A stretch of DNA of 52,574 bases, taken from positions 1 through 52,574 of IMG/VR virus record IMGVR_UViG_3300043446_003894. One strand, given 5' to 3'. The notes below the pieces were generated by a model. That model was not told where the DNA came from, did no database searches, and saw nothing but the letters and a program-made list of their open reading frames with translations. This stretch comes from a virus. Taxonomy: Duplodnaviria; Caudoviricetes. The position numbers and the translations under genes were made by a program. Below, piece after piece: positions 19,109 to 27,717 of the stretch; position 1 is the first letter of the stretch; the number at the start of each line of letters is the position of its first letter.

Positions 19109-20548
19109 TCACTCCGCGTATGGATTCACGCGCTTCGGGCGCGCTTCAATCAAGTCATCATCGTCATCGTAGCGCGGTTCCGGGTTGATGTCGAGGAACC
19201 CCATATCCTTCAACAGGCGGATAGCCTGCGTTGCGCTATCGACGTAGTCATCATGCGTTGAGTCAGGGAAGGCGCATATCTGCGAGAGGAACCCTTCGGC
19301 CCAGTCCTTCACGAACCCCTTGCGCCGGTCACTCTCTGGCAGCCAGACACGCCCAGTCGAGAAGATAGACGCAGTGATCTGCAGCCGCGTCATCTTGTCA
19401 GCCTTGCCCGGGTTCCACGCCCGCACAGGCAGATGCATCTGGCGCAACTCCTGCACCAGCGAGATGCCCGCGGCCTTGTCCTCGACCAGTATCAGGTCCG
19501 GGCGCTTCATGTCCTTGCCCTCGCCATACGACACGCGCCACTCCTCGAGCACCTTCGGCTTGAGGTGAGGGAAGTCCAGATGCTCGGCCCAGCAGTCAAT
19601 CAGCAGCGCTGACATCGGGCCGTCCTCCGGCTTGAACACGCCCCACGTCGTCATCGCCGTCGGGTCGTTGTATTCCTTGTCGGTGAAGGCGCAGTCGTAG
19701 GACTGCACCACGTACTCAAACCGCGGGAACGGTCGCCCAGCCGGCCACAGGCGGAACATGTCCCGGGAGACGACCTTGCCGTCCTCGAGGTCCACCAGTT
19801 CGCCCAGCACCTCCTGCTGGTACAGCTTGCTGCCGCGGTACTGCTCCAACTGGTTGGCGAACGAGGGCGCCAGATGCTGGATGTTGTCGTAGGTCGAGGC
19901 GCGGTCGATCACCACGTCCTGCCCTTCCCGGCCGACCAAGTCAAGAATCAGGTCCTTCGGCTTGGGCGTCGTCGTCACAATCACCCGCGGGCGGTCGCCC
20001 AGACGCAGGCCGAACATCATCATGTCCCACGCGTCCTGCAGGTACTGGAACGCCGCCAACTCGTCGCACCACGCGAAATGCCACTGCGGGCCACGCAGAC
20101 GTTCGTACGAGTCGGCCGAGATGCCCCGGATGATCGAGCCGTTGATCAGCTTGATCTGGTGGTCCTGCTTGTTGTAGTCCTCGATCAGCGTTTGGGGAAT
20201 CACCGCCAGCAGGCCGCTCTGGCCTTCAAAGCACGTGAATTTCACGTCATTGGATGTCGGGGCCAGCACCAGCGATCGGGAGGCCGGGTTGGTCCACGAC
20301 CACCACCAGATGGCCTCCGCGGCGCATCTGGTCTTGCCGGCGCCCCTCCCCGCGAGAAGCAACCAGACCAGCCAATCCATCTCGAGCGGCGGCGGGACCT
20401 GATGCTTGTGCGCGCCCGTCACCCACTCCAGATGCTTCATCACCGCCAGCCGGTCAGCCTCCGAACGAGAATCGAACTCCCGCGCTAGGTCCGCATCCAG
20501 CAACGACAGGATGTTTGCGTCATGTTGCGCTGCATCAGCGGCGTGCAT
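19109..20548 (-). CDS. terL: Terminase large subunit
   Basis: Walker A AGRGAGKT, RLRGPQ, Walker B WCDE, VTTTP, nuclease QSYDCA...HDDYVDS. Confidence 0.95.
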   Translation of the reverse strand: MHAADAAQHDANILSLLDADLAREFDSRSEADRLAVMKHLEWVTGAHKHQVPPPLEMDWLVWLLLAGRGAGKTRCAAEAIWWWSWTNPASRSLVLAPTSNDVKFTCFEGQSGLLAVIPQTLIEDYNKQDHQIKLINGSIIRGISADSYERLRGPQWHFAWCDELAAFQYLQDAWDMMMFGLRLGDRPRVIVTTTPKPKDLILDLVGREGQDVVIDRASTYDNIQHLAPSFANQLEQYRGSKLYQQEVLGELVDLEDGKVVSRDMFRLWPAGRPFPRFEYVVQSYDCAFTDKEYNDPTAMTTWGVFKPEDGPMSALLIDCWAEHLDFPHLKPKVLEEWRVSYGEGKDMKRPDLILVEDKAAGISLVQELRQMHLPVRAWNPGKADKMTRLQITASIFSTGRVWLPESDRRKGFVKDWAEGFLSQICAFPDSTHDDYVDSATQAIRLLKDMGFLDINPEPRYDDDDDLIEARPKRVNPYAE

Positions 20549-20602
20549 ATAACCCCGGAAAATCCGGCACTTTGCCTCTGTGTTGCAGTGCGGTAATTTG
20601 CA

Positions 20603-21190
20603 TCAACCAGCCCGCGTTTTCATCTCGAGGTTGCGGATCAACTCAAAAAGCCGCCCGGAACCCACGTCTTCAGTCTGGATTGGCGGGGCGTTGTTCACGC
20701 CATGGAGCCCCACGCGGTCCCCGTACTTGCTCGGATGGAACTTGGCCAGCAGCTTGAGCCGCGTCTCCACCTGCAGCTTCCTGTGGCCCAGCATGTCCTC
20801 GACGGTCACCGTCGCCCCATCCTCGCCCATGACCTGCTTCTGGCCCATGTGCGGCGTGTCCGCAATGCGCAGGCACTCCTCAGCAATGGCGTCATAGCCG
20901 ATGTCACGCGCACGCGCGATCGCTGCGGAAAGATCTTCTGAGCGCCCCATCCAATCGTACACCGTCCGCCACGCTGGCATTCCCTCTCCCCTGCATATCT
21001 CTCTGAGGGGGACGCCTTCGGAGAGTTGTTCGCAGATGTGCTGGGCGATCTCTGGGGTGTATTTGCTGGGCCGGCCGGTCTTTTGCGGCGCTACAGGCGT
21101 TTGTTCGGGCGCGGAGGTACTTACCCCCTTGCTCGCGGCGTTCGTGGCTCTAGCGCGTTTCTGACGCGTTTTGGAGGCGGTTTCTGGCAT
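20603..21190 (-). CDS. terS: Terminase small subunit
   Basis: GRPSKYTPEIAQHICEQLSEGVPLREIC...MPAWRTVYDW...KYGDR; immediately upstream of terL. Confidence 0.9.
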   Translation of the reverse strand: MPETASKTRQKRARATNAASKGVSTSAPEQTPVAPQKTGRPSKYTPEIAQHICEQLSEGVPLREICRGEGMPAWRTVYDWMGRSEDLSAAIARARDIGYDAIAEECLRIADTPHMGQKQVMGEDGATVTVEDMLGHRKLQVETRLKLLAKFHPSKYGDRVGLHGVNNAPPIQTEDVGSGRLFELIRNLEMKTRAG

Positions 21191-21226
21191 TACCCGTAAT
21201 CCCCGAAAAGGTTGATCGATCGCCGT

Positions 21227-21254
21227 AGTGTAATCGATTCGCTTTTGGGCGCAA
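21227..21254 (-). promoter_or_regulatory. Putative sigma70 promoter for the packaging/late operon
   Basis: TTGCGC-N16-TACACT; the spacer carries a degenerate copy of the AACCGAWTCGGTT palindrome. Confidence 0.4.
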
Positions 21255-21310
21255 GAGGTGCGCGCTGCAGGTCCGCGGGATTTGGCGGCTTTTTGCGGCC
21301 GCCGCGACGA

Positions 21311-21323
21311 AACCGAATCGGTT
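21311..21323. promoter_or_regulatory. 13-bp palindrome AACCGAATCGGTT (operator-like)
   Basis: Perfect AACCGAWTCGGTT copies also at 3393, 23963, 30438 and 42069. Confidence 0.5.
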
Positions 21324-21342
21324 CCGCCTTCGCTTCGATTCG

Positions 21343-21471
21343 CTATATGAACATCAACGTCAGCACGAACAGCACGAATGCCACGGCGACCAGAATCTTG
21401 TCTGCCGTCGTTTCACGCGGCTGCTGTGATGGCAATTCGCGCATCATAGCATCAATCTCATTTCGTGTCAT
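21343..21471 (-). CDS. Small membrane protein
   Basis: MTRNEIDAMMREL...ILVAVAFVLFVLTLMFI, one C-terminal TM segment; start reassigned to 21471. Confidence 0.5.
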   Translation of the reverse strand: MTRNEIDAMMRELPSQQPRETTADKILVAVAFVLFVLTLMFI

Positions 21472-21643
21472 GGCTTTCCCCTGTAGTTGCTTTTTCGCTG
21501 CAGAAGGCTTCCAGCGCCGCTGCCTGCAATTGCATCGCACCGGCAAGGTATGCAGCCTTCTCCCAGTCACGTTTGAGCAATGCTTCATGGCATCGCCGGT
21601 GGTCCTGCTGAATGGCCAACAGCAGTTCTGAGTAATCCATCAT
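21458..21643 (-). CDS. Hypothetical protein
   Basis: Coupled helical ORF. Confidence 0.5.
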   Translation of the reverse strand: MMDYSELLLAIQQDHRRCHEALLKRDWEKAAYLAGAMQLQAAALEAFCSEKATTGESHDTK

Positions 21644-21861
21644 TCATTCCCCCTTGCTCGAATCGCGGCGGAACACTGCATCACTGCGAATAACATTCCT
21701 TCCTCAGAATCAGGATGCAAACCTTCGATGCCATTTGGTAGTTCTAAACCAATACACACCTTCGCACACGCCTCGCGCTCTTGCTGAATTGCCCACCGTA
21801 TAGCATCGCGTGTTGACGCATGGCCTTGAATTGCTGCCTCAATGATTTCATCAGTATTCAT
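21640..21861 (-). CDS. Hypothetical protein (EREACAK...CSAAIRARG type)
   Basis: Motif common in proteobacterial phage early regions. Confidence 0.6.
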   Translation of the reverse strand: MNTDEIIEAAIQGHASTRDAIRWAIQQEREACAKVCIGLELPNGIEGLHPDSEEGMLFAVMQCSAAIRARGNE

Positions 21862-22273
21862 AGTTCACCGTCTCCTCGTTTTCTTGCAGCACCTTGGCTC
21901 CATTGCGCAGGTGAAAGTCTCGCGCCATCGTCGTCTTCGGACTCATCGTGACAATTCGCTTCGTCAATGCGGAACGATCCCTGTTCAGATACTCGCGCAC
22001 CAACTTGCTGCCCGCGCCCTTGCGGTATGACCAGACACTGTACAGCACTGAAATTCTTGGTGTTGGAGTAAAGTCTGGCAGGAACAGTTGCGCTTCAGAT
22101 GTGGGTATGAAGTCCATCTGCACGGCACACAACACAGCACCAACGGTTCTGTCGTCATCGTCAATGTGCATGTAGACGGTTCCCCAAAAACTGATGCGGC
22201 AATCAGCAGGAATGCTTGGCCGAACGGGGTCGTCGAGCAGTATGCGTGACGGCTCTAGCAGAGCGACGATCAT
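21851..22273 (-). CDS. Hypothetical protein, possible GNAT fold
   Basis: YSVWSYRKGAGSKLV resembles the acyl-CoA-binding motif A; also TMSPKTTMARDFHLRNGA. Confidence 0.5.
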   Translation of the reverse strand: MIVALLEPSRILLDDPVRPSIPADCRISFWGTVYMHIDDDDRTVGAVLCAVQMDFIPTSEAQLFLPDFTPTPRISVLYSVWSYRKGAGSKLVREYLNRDRSALTKRIVTMSPKTTMARDFHLRNGAKVLQENEETVNYEY

Positions 22274-22857
22274 GTGTTCTTCTCCCGCAGCTTGGCTTCG
22301 ATGGCATGGGCAAAGCGAAGGACATCGCTTGGAGATTCAACCCACATTTCCCACAACTCTTTGTCATCCGTCAGCCCAACCCATTCGCGCTTTGACTGTG
22401 TGACTTGACCTACCAAGACATAACCCTCACGAATATCGATGATGGGCAATGCGAGGTCGTAATTTTTGCATCGCATAAGCACGGCTTTGATTTCCATTTG
22501 TTGCCGCATGCGACTGACACTACGATCAAGTTCACGATAAAAATCTTCTCTTGTTGCCCACGCCACCGGCTCTTGTTTTGGTTGTGGGTGAGCAAAGACT
22601 GGTTCGGCATCTTTTATGCGTGTTTGCCAATCGCTTCCGCTTCCGTTGTCAATATACTTGTAACCATATCCATCGAAGTCATAACGCATCGCCACCGGCT
22701 CTTGCTTCTCTGCGACAGCTTCATCGCGTCTCGCGCTCCACGCTGCGTTCCAGACCTCCTTGGACCATCCTCTGTCCTCTTCGTACGCCACGCCGCCAAT
22801 GAAGTCTGCGAAGGCTTCATCGCGCCGCTTGTGATCATCACTCGGTATCCATTGCAT
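22270..22857 (-). CDS. Hypothetical mosaic protein (QEPVA repeats)
   Basis: KQEPVA twice, REWVGLTD...FAHAIEAKLREKN. Confidence 0.6.
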   Translation of the reverse strand: MQWIPSDDHKRRDEAFADFIGGVAYEEDRGWSKEVWNAAWSARRDEAVAEKQEPVAMRYDFDGYGYKYIDNGSGSDWQTRIKDAEPVFAHPQPKQEPVAWATREDFYRELDRSVSRMRQQMEIKAVLMRCKNYDLALPIIDIREGYVLVGQVTQSKREWVGLTDDKELWEMWVESPSDVLRFAHAIEAKLREKNT

Positions 22858-23062
22858 GATTTGCCCTCGCTTTTTTACTAGACCATGTGTGGTAGTACTC
22901 GAGCGCTTTTTTGTTGACGCACTCCCTGCACCAGCTTCTCAACGTTCCACTTGATGTCAGATGGAACTTGCTCGGCTCCTTGACTTGTTGGCATTTAGTG
23001 CATGCGTTTGCAAGGTCAGGGTGCCGCTTGGTTCTTTTTGAAAACGTTGTTTTTTTCTCCAT
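22838..23062 (-). CDS. Small zinc-finger protein
   Basis: CTKC...SWCREC. Confidence 0.55.
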   Translation of the reverse strand: MEKKTTFSKRTKRHPDLANACTKCQQVKEPSKFHLTSSGTLRSWCRECVNKKALEYYHTWSSKKARANHAMDTE

Positions 23063-23064
23063 GC

Positions 23065-23325
23065 TCAGGCCTCCTCAACGGTTACCTTGTACTTCTTGCC
23101 GAAACGGTCCTCGACCAGTATGGTTTTTTTGGTTGACTTGAACTCACCCTCGGGAGTCAGGTCGTACTGGAGGCGGCTTACGCTGGACAGCAGGCGCGCG
23201 GTGTCGTTGGCCTTGAGGTTGCCAACAATGATGTGCGCGATGTAGTCGCAGTAGGCGACATAGGATTTGGGCAGGTTGTCAAAGAACTGGTTGACGATGG
23301 TGTTCATGGTTTCAAAGTTGGACAT
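23065..23325 (-). CDS. Hypothetical protein
   Basis: AAGGA RBS; 86 aa. Confidence 0.6.
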   Translation of the reverse strand: MSNFETMNTIVNQFFDNLPKSYVAYCDYIAHIIVGNLKANDTARLLSSVSRLQYDLTPEGEFKSTKKTILVEDRFGKKYKVTVEEA

Positions 23326-23336
23326 GGCTTTTTCCT

Positions 23337-23582
23337 TTAGTTGAGGTGCTTGGCAATTTCAGATTCGATGCGGCTGGTGTCGTCGTCGGTCAGCTTACGC
23401 TCCAACCATGCAGCCTTGCGGCCGCGGCGATCGAGCACGTCGAACTCGCATTCAACGTAACCGCGGTAGTCCCAGTCGCTGGGCGCGTTGTAGTCATAAG
23501 ACCCTTTGACGCTGTCGAAGTAGGTCACCCCAATGATGCAGGGGATGCCTGCGACGCGGGTCTCGATTTCGGCGATATACAT
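23337..23582 (-). CDS. Conserved hypothetical phage protein
   Basis: Start reassigned to ATG 23582 after the CAGCGAAAGGAAAGC RBS; MYIAEIETRVAGIPC...LDRRGRKAAWLERKLT. Confidence 0.65.
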   Translation of the reverse strand: MYIAEIETRVAGIPCIIGVTYFDSVKGSYDYNAPSDWDYRGYVECEFDVLDRRGRKAAWLERKLTDDDTSRIESEIAKHLN

Positions 23583-23607
23583 GGCGCTTTCCTTTCGCTG
23601 TTGAAAT

Positions 23608-23841
23608 TTATTCTGCTGCTTCAATCGTGTTGCCAGATTCTTTTGGCTCCCAGATCGACACAATGATGCGGTCTCGAGGAGCGCTGTACACGGTGATCTC
23701 CTGATCCAGCACGATGTGGTGCTTGTAGGACAGATTCATTGTGTGTGCGCGGGCGTACTCCACCGTGCCGGTGTATTGCTGACCGTGGTACACACCTTTA
23801 ACGCGGTCGCCGATGTTGAAAGGTTTTTGTGCTTGGTTCAT
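23608..23841 (-). CDS. Small SH3/KOW-like beta-barrel protein
   Basis: FNIGDRVKGVYHGQQYTGTV; first gene after promoter copy 1. Confidence 0.55.
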   Translation of the reverse strand: MNQAQKPFNIGDRVKGVYHGQQYTGTVEYARAHTMNLSYKHHIVLDQEITVYSAPRDRIIVSIWEPKESGNTIEAAE

Positions 23842-23844
23842 TTC

Positions 23845-23961
23845 GCTTTCCTTTCGCTGTCCTGCTGCTTGATTGCAGCCAGTGGTGTAACTTTACCTGA
23901 TCCAATACCGCCGTCAACACCCCCCAAGAAACTATTTTTAAAAAACTTGATCTAGATCAAG
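23845..23961 (-). promoter_or_regulatory. Early promoter cassette, copy 1: FNR-type box, sigma70 promoter, leader hairpin, RBS
   Basis: CTTGATCTAGATCAAG at 23946-23961; TTGACG(23917-23912)-N16-TAAAGT(23895-23890); near-duplicate at 25668-25786. Confidence 0.75.
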
Positions 23962-23983
23962 AAACCGATTCGGTTGCGGTTGG

Positions 23984-24217
23984 CTACCGGTCGTCCTCGA
24001 TTCGCATGTCAATGAGTTCGTCCAGCCCGGGAGGGGTGGTGTCTCCCTGCAGCACGCCGGACAGCCGGGCCTGCCCGGGTACGCTGAAATCGTACTCAAA
24101 ATGCGTCTCGGCCCAGCCGGCGTACTCGAGCAACTCCCGGTCCAGCACGATGATCGCCTTCAGCCAGCGGTATCTGGCGGCGTCCAGCGCGTCGTTGATT
24201 TCCTGCTCTGTCTGCAT
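23984..24217 (-). CDS. Hypothetical protein (DAARYRWL type)
   Basis: DAARYRWLK...LDELID motif; GGAGG RBS. Confidence 0.6.
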   Translation of the reverse strand: MQTEQEINDALDAARYRWLKAIIVLDRELLEYAGWAETHFEYDFSVPGQARLSGVLQGDTTPPGLDELIDMRIEDDR

Positions 24218-24229
24218 GATCCCCTCCCC

Positions 24230-24253
24230 AAAAAACAGGGGGCTTTCGCCCCC
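24230..24253 (-). terminator. Rho-independent terminator
   Basis: GGGGGC-GAAA-GCCCCC then TGTTTTTT, after the DUF932 gene. Confidence 0.75.
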
Positions 24254-24259
24254 TCCGAA

Positions 24260-25099
24260 CTAGGCCGCCGCCAATGTCCCGCACTTCAGCGCGGCCATGC
24301 TGTCAGCCAACGACCACAGCGCGCGATTCAGGCGGACGTTTTCGTTGACGCCGGCAACGGCTCGAGTGCGCATCCGACGCCCGCGGGCTGTCCGCCCACC
24401 GAGCCCGCCCTTGATCAGGTTCTCCTGCACCCGATTAAACGTCGTCCAGAGGTCCGAGGCGACGTCAACATGCCGCTGGGCCGTCAGCAGGCTATCGGCG
24501 TCCACAGGGGCCTTCCCGTCGTCCCAGCGCAGTTTTACCGCGGCGTTGGCAAACGCGTGCTGCTCACTCGGCAGCAGGGCCACGCTCTTGTACGCGTGGA
24601 TGCGCTCCACAACGCGCTTGGTGTCGTCCAGCACCCGGAACGAACCCTCAATCACGTCGTCCACCACGTTCCCGCTGTGACGCACGCGGACGTCCTCAAT
24701 TACGTCGCCGGCGATCAGCCCGTTCGAGCACACGAAACGGAACACCCCGGCGAGCAACTGATAGCTGCTGCTACCGTCGTGGCTGTTCAGCAACACAATT
24801 TCAGGAACCTCGCCCTCGGCCGCGATGCTGCTGGCGTGACGCAGCCGGACCATGTGCTTTGTGTGCTCACGCTTGGACACATCACGCACACGGGTCTGAC
24901 GCACCTCGAACGGCTGGAAGCCCTCGGAGCGCAGGCCGTCAATCACCTGCACGGTAGGGATGAACGTGTAACGATCACCGCGGGATTCATGCGCGTTCTC
25001 GGCGAGCACGCTCGGTGCATACGCGGCGATCTGCTCATTCGAGAGCGGCTCCTTGCTGCGGTATGCGGACTGGTTTGATGATTGGCTGTAACGGTACAT
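24260..25099 (-). CDS. DUF932 family protein
   Basis: TKHMVRLR, PEIVLLNSHDGSSSYQLLAGVFRFVCSNGL, DLWTTFNRVQENLIKGG, RLNRALW. Confidence 0.9.
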   Translation of the reverse strand: MYRYSQSSNQSAYRSKEPLSNEQIAAYAPSVLAENAHESRGDRYTFIPTVQVIDGLRSEGFQPFEVRQTRVRDVSKREHTKHMVRLRHASSIAAEGEVPEIVLLNSHDGSSSYQLLAGVFRFVCSNGLIAGDVIEDVRVRHSGNVVDDVIEGSFRVLDDTKRVVERIHAYKSVALLPSEQHAFANAAVKLRWDDGKAPVDADSLLTAQRHVDVASDLWTTFNRVQENLIKGGLGGRTARGRRMRTRAVAGVNENVRLNRALWSLADSMAALKCGTLAAA

Positions 25100-25125
25100 G
25101 GAAATTTCCTTTCGCTTTTGAATGT

Positions 25126-25137
25126 GGGCCGAAGCCC
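25126..25137 (-). other. C(UUCG)G tetraloop hairpin in an intergenic leader
   Basis: Minus strand GGGC-TTCG-GCCC with no U-tract. Confidence 0.45.
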
Positions 25138-25145
25138 CCGGTTGA

Positions 25146-25358
25146 TTACTTGACTTGGTACTTACCGAGAAACGCAGATCCCTCCACTTGCGGGACGAAA
25201 TACTTGATCTCGTAGTCTGCGTTGATGTCTACCGGCACATACCAGAGTCCGTACTCAAACCCCTGCTTGTCCATGAACTTGATCAGGCGTTTGATGTCGC
25301 TGTCAATGTGCCACTCTGCGGCAGAGGTGGCGAAGAAGTGAAAGACTTGCTTGCTCAT
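25146..25358 (-). CDS. Hypothetical protein (70 aa)
   Basis: AGGAGG RBS before ATG 25358 (MSKQVFHFF). Confidence 0.65.
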   Translation of the reverse strand: MSKQVFHFFATSAAEWHIDSDIKRLIKFMDKQGFEYGLWYVPVDINADYEIKYFVPQVEGSAFLGKYQVK

Positions 25359-25371
25359 AGTGACCTCCTGA

Positions 25372-25665
25372 TTAACGGCTGGTAACTTTGACCGAGAACA
25401 CGGCGGTGGTCTTGGTGTACTGCGCAACTTGCTCGGCAGACACGCCAAGGTCGGCGCACAGTTTCTTGTAATCGACGACGCTGCGGTTGGTCTCGATGTA
25501 GGTCGCCTTGTACAGGTTACCTTCGACGACCTTGTCGCCACCGGCGCTGGCCGCGTCCTTGATGCCGTCCTTGATGGCGTCGGCTTGTTTGGTCAACTCG
25601 GCGATTTGCGCCAAGAGGTTACCCAGTACATCGACTTGGGTCAGGGTGATGTCGTTTGCTTGCAT
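25372..25665 (-). CDS. Hypothetical coiled-coil protein
   Basis: Start ATG 25665 (MQANDITL); first gene after promoter copy 2. Confidence 0.65.
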   Translation of the reverse strand: MQANDITLTQVDVLGNLLAQIAELTKQADAIKDGIKDAASAGGDKVVEGNLYKATYIETNRSVVDYKKLCADLGVSAEQVAQYTKTTAVFSVKVTSR

Positions 25666-25667
25666 GG

Positions 25668-25786
25668 TCGCTGTCCTTTCGCTATCCCGGCCGCTTGATT
25701 GCTGCCGGTGATGTAACTTTACCTGAACCAAACGGGTTGTCAACACCCCCAGCAAACTAATTTTAGGATTCTTGATCTAGATCAAG
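25668..25786 (-). promoter_or_regulatory. Early promoter cassette, copy 2: FNR-type box, sigma70 promoter, leader hairpin, RBS
   Basis: CTTGATCTAGATCAAG at 25771-25786; TTGACA(25743-25738)-N16-TAAAGT(25721-25716). Confidence 0.75.
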
Positions 25787-26068
25787 TTTTCCGAGTTCCC
25801 GCCGGACGTCGGCCAGCAGGTCGTCCTCGTCGTAGCCCCAATGCCTCGCAAAACCCCTCGTCCCGAGCCCGTGGAGGCCCGTAGAGCCCCTGTGGTGCTC
25901 CGGGCATAGGGGTATAGCCATCCAGTGGCTGGAACGGTTTGAGAGGCCCTGTCCGGCCCGTTTGTGGTGGATCTCGGCCGGCGTCCCGGGGTAGCCCATC
26001 CGGCGGCAGACCGCGCACCCCAGATCGGCCACTTTGCTGAGGTATCGCTTTTCAGCCAGCGTCGCCAC
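25763..26068 (-). CDS. ref: Ref-like recombination-enhancement HNH nuclease
   Basis: LGCAVCR...PAEIHH.RAGQG...IPLCPEHHRG...LH. Confidence 0.8.
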   Translation of the reverse strand: MATLAEKRYLSKVADLGCAVCRRMGYPGTPAEIHHKRAGQGLSNRSSHWMAIPLCPEHHRGSTGLHGLGTRGFARHWGYDEDDLLADVRRELGKLDLDQES

Positions 26069-26071
26069 AGA

Positions 26072-26203
26072 TCAACGCTTCGACCGATAGTTGTCCGGCA
26101 TGCAGGCGTGGTAGTACCAGCACAGCACAATCAGGACCATCCACCCCAGCGCGCCGCTCAGAGCAAAAAACCACAACGCAAACGTCAGCACGATGTCGGT
26201 CAC
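26072..26203 (-). CDS. Small membrane protein (43 aa, not in the ORF track)
   Basis: GTGA overlap; MTDIVLTFALWFFALSGALGWMVLIVLCWYY... Confidence 0.5.
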   Translation of the reverse strand: MTDIVLTFALWFFALSGALGWMVLIVLCWYYHACMPDNYRSKR

Positions 26204-26604
26204 TTGCCGCCCTTCCCTGCAATCAGCCAGTGCAAGTTTGAAATTGGCATCGTGTCAGTTTTCGATTTGACCACCTTGAGCGGCCGCACCTTTTCCTCCT
26301 CTTGCTCTGCCTGCAGCCGCTCCACCACTTTTTTGTTGACGCCCCAGACCATCGCGCGGTTGCGAAAATTTCCTGTCTCAACCGACCCGACGGACACCAA
26401 CAGATTCGCTTTGCTCAGTCTGGACAGGTAAGACGACAATGCCGCGCGGTTGGTGTTTTTAATGATCTCCAACAATTCTTTCACCGTTGCTGATCCACCC
26501 AACTGCTCGATTGATGCCAACACCAGCTTTTCCTTCGGAGTCATTTTTCGCTCCAGTTCTTGCTTGTCCATCACCTGTCTTTTTTTCCAACCGAGCGCTG
26601 TCAC
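26200..26604 (-). CDS. Winged-helix DNA-binding protein
   Basis: MTPKEKLVLASI...ATVKELLE...NRAALSSYLSRLSKANLL; true start may be 26571. Confidence 0.55.
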   Translation of the reverse strand: MTALGWKKRQVMDKQELERKMTPKEKLVLASIEQLGGSATVKELLEIIKNTNRAALSSYLSRLSKANLLVSVGSVETGNFRNRAMVWGVNKKVVERLQAEQEEEKVRPLKVVKSKTDTMPISNLHWLIAGKGGK

Positions 26605-26840
26605 TTTTCGCTCAACTCATTCTCGCGATTGATCTTGAAAAAAAAGTCGTTGCGATACTCACTGGGCGGCCGCCACTTTTCTCCCGTCCTTTCGTTTACA
26701 ACGACTTTGCGAAAGGTCGTCATTACATCTGCGCCATGAGTCCATATCTTTCCCCACGGGGAGTGAAACTCGTCATCAGGAAGACGATGCGGAACCATCT
26801 CTGAAACTACCGTAAGTCGCTGCACTTTTTTGACGTCCAT
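26601..26840 (-). CDS. Hypothetical protein
   Basis: AGGAG RBS; WRPPSEYR motif. Confidence 0.55.
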   Translation of the reverse strand: MDVKKVQRLTVVSEMVPHRLPDDEFHSPWGKIWTHGADVMTTFRKVVVNERTGEKWRPPSEYRNDFFFKINRENELSEK

Positions 26841-26852
26841 GGTGTTCTCCTT

Positions 26853-27185
26853 TTAGATTGTTGCCTTACCTTCTGCCCTTGCGTTTGCCTGCTCAGTGCG
26901 CCAGATCTCAACGCGGGCCTGAGCCCCAATCAAGTCCCAGCGAAGTTTTTCTTCTACCTCAATTGCGTCTTTCAGCCCTTGCAACAATTGCACGTACTCC
27001 TGATGCGCATACGCCTCACGCTCTTGCGCTCCAATCGCGTTTTCCATGCTGCGCTTCATCAGCATTGCCTTGAGAGACTTTCGATACTCCTCGAGATAGA
27101 CTCGCTCTGCTTTCGCTTGCGCAAACTTTTTTCCATTCAACAGAATGTAATCAACTGCATCATGCGGATTTCTGTTTTCACTCAT
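26853..27185 (-). CDS. Conserved helical phage protein
   Basis: AQAKAERVYLEEYRKSLKA...AQEREAYAH...EIWRTEQAN; start reassigned to 27185. Confidence 0.65.
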   Translation of the reverse strand: MSENRNPHDAVDYILLNGKKFAQAKAERVYLEEYRKSLKAMLMKRSMENAIGAQEREAYAHQEYVQLLQGLKDAIEVEEKLRWDLIGAQARVEIWRTEQANARAEGKATI

Positions 27186-27717
27186 GGCCATGCTCCACCA
27201 CAACAAGTTGTGCCATGTTGAAATTCTCGGACATCACTGCGCCGTAGTCAAAATGCTTGCCAAAACAGTCCTTGAAACTGACGTGCTCTTCACTGAAGCC
27301 TTCAACTTGATTGTTGTAGATGTACACTTTTTTGGGAATTGTGAATTCACCAGCAATGAACTTGCGACCCTTGTCGGTGACCCTCCACAATCCATCTCGC
27401 TTGCGCGCTGGATCTTCCGATCGTTGTGCCTGCTCAATCAAGCCCCAACGATGCATGGTGGTGAAAGACTTCCCGCGCAGCATCCACCGCGGCGCGTGCA
27501 GCGGGGTACTGACCCAGCCCCACTCATCTGTCGGAGCCCTCGACATCCAGAGCAAGCCCAACGCCATGATTTCAGTCATCGGGAATGGGCTGATCTTTCC
27601 CCACTTGTCACAACACGGACAATACCCGCCATCGTTTTCAATGGTGGCACGCCAGTTAGAACGCATCCTCGACAACACTTGCGTTTCGTTTTCCCACAAC
27701 TCTTTTTGTTCGCCCAT
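27178..27717 (-). CDS. Hypothetical protein (CPCC zinc ribbon plus winged-helix-like region)
   Basis: GGYCPCCD; WGLIEQ...GLWRVTDKGRKF. Confidence 0.6.
   Translation of the reverse strand: MGEQKELWENETQVLSRMRSNWRATIENDGGYCPCCDKWGKISPFPMTEIMALGLLWMSRAPTDEWGWVSTPLHAPRWMLRGKSFTTMHRWGLIEQAQRSEDPARKRDGLWRVTDKGRKFIAGEFTIPKKVYIYNNQVEGFSEEHVSFKDCFGKHFDYGAVMSENFNMAQLVVVEHGHE

Noticed and set aside
21191-21342. Possible tRNA or terminator in the gap upstream of terS
   Set aside because: No cloverleaf or T-loop; the GGCGGC/GCCGCC hairpin lacks a U-tract in the direction of transcription.
24101-25078. 325-aa plus-strand ORF
   Set aside because: Antisense shadow of the GC-rich DUF932 gene.
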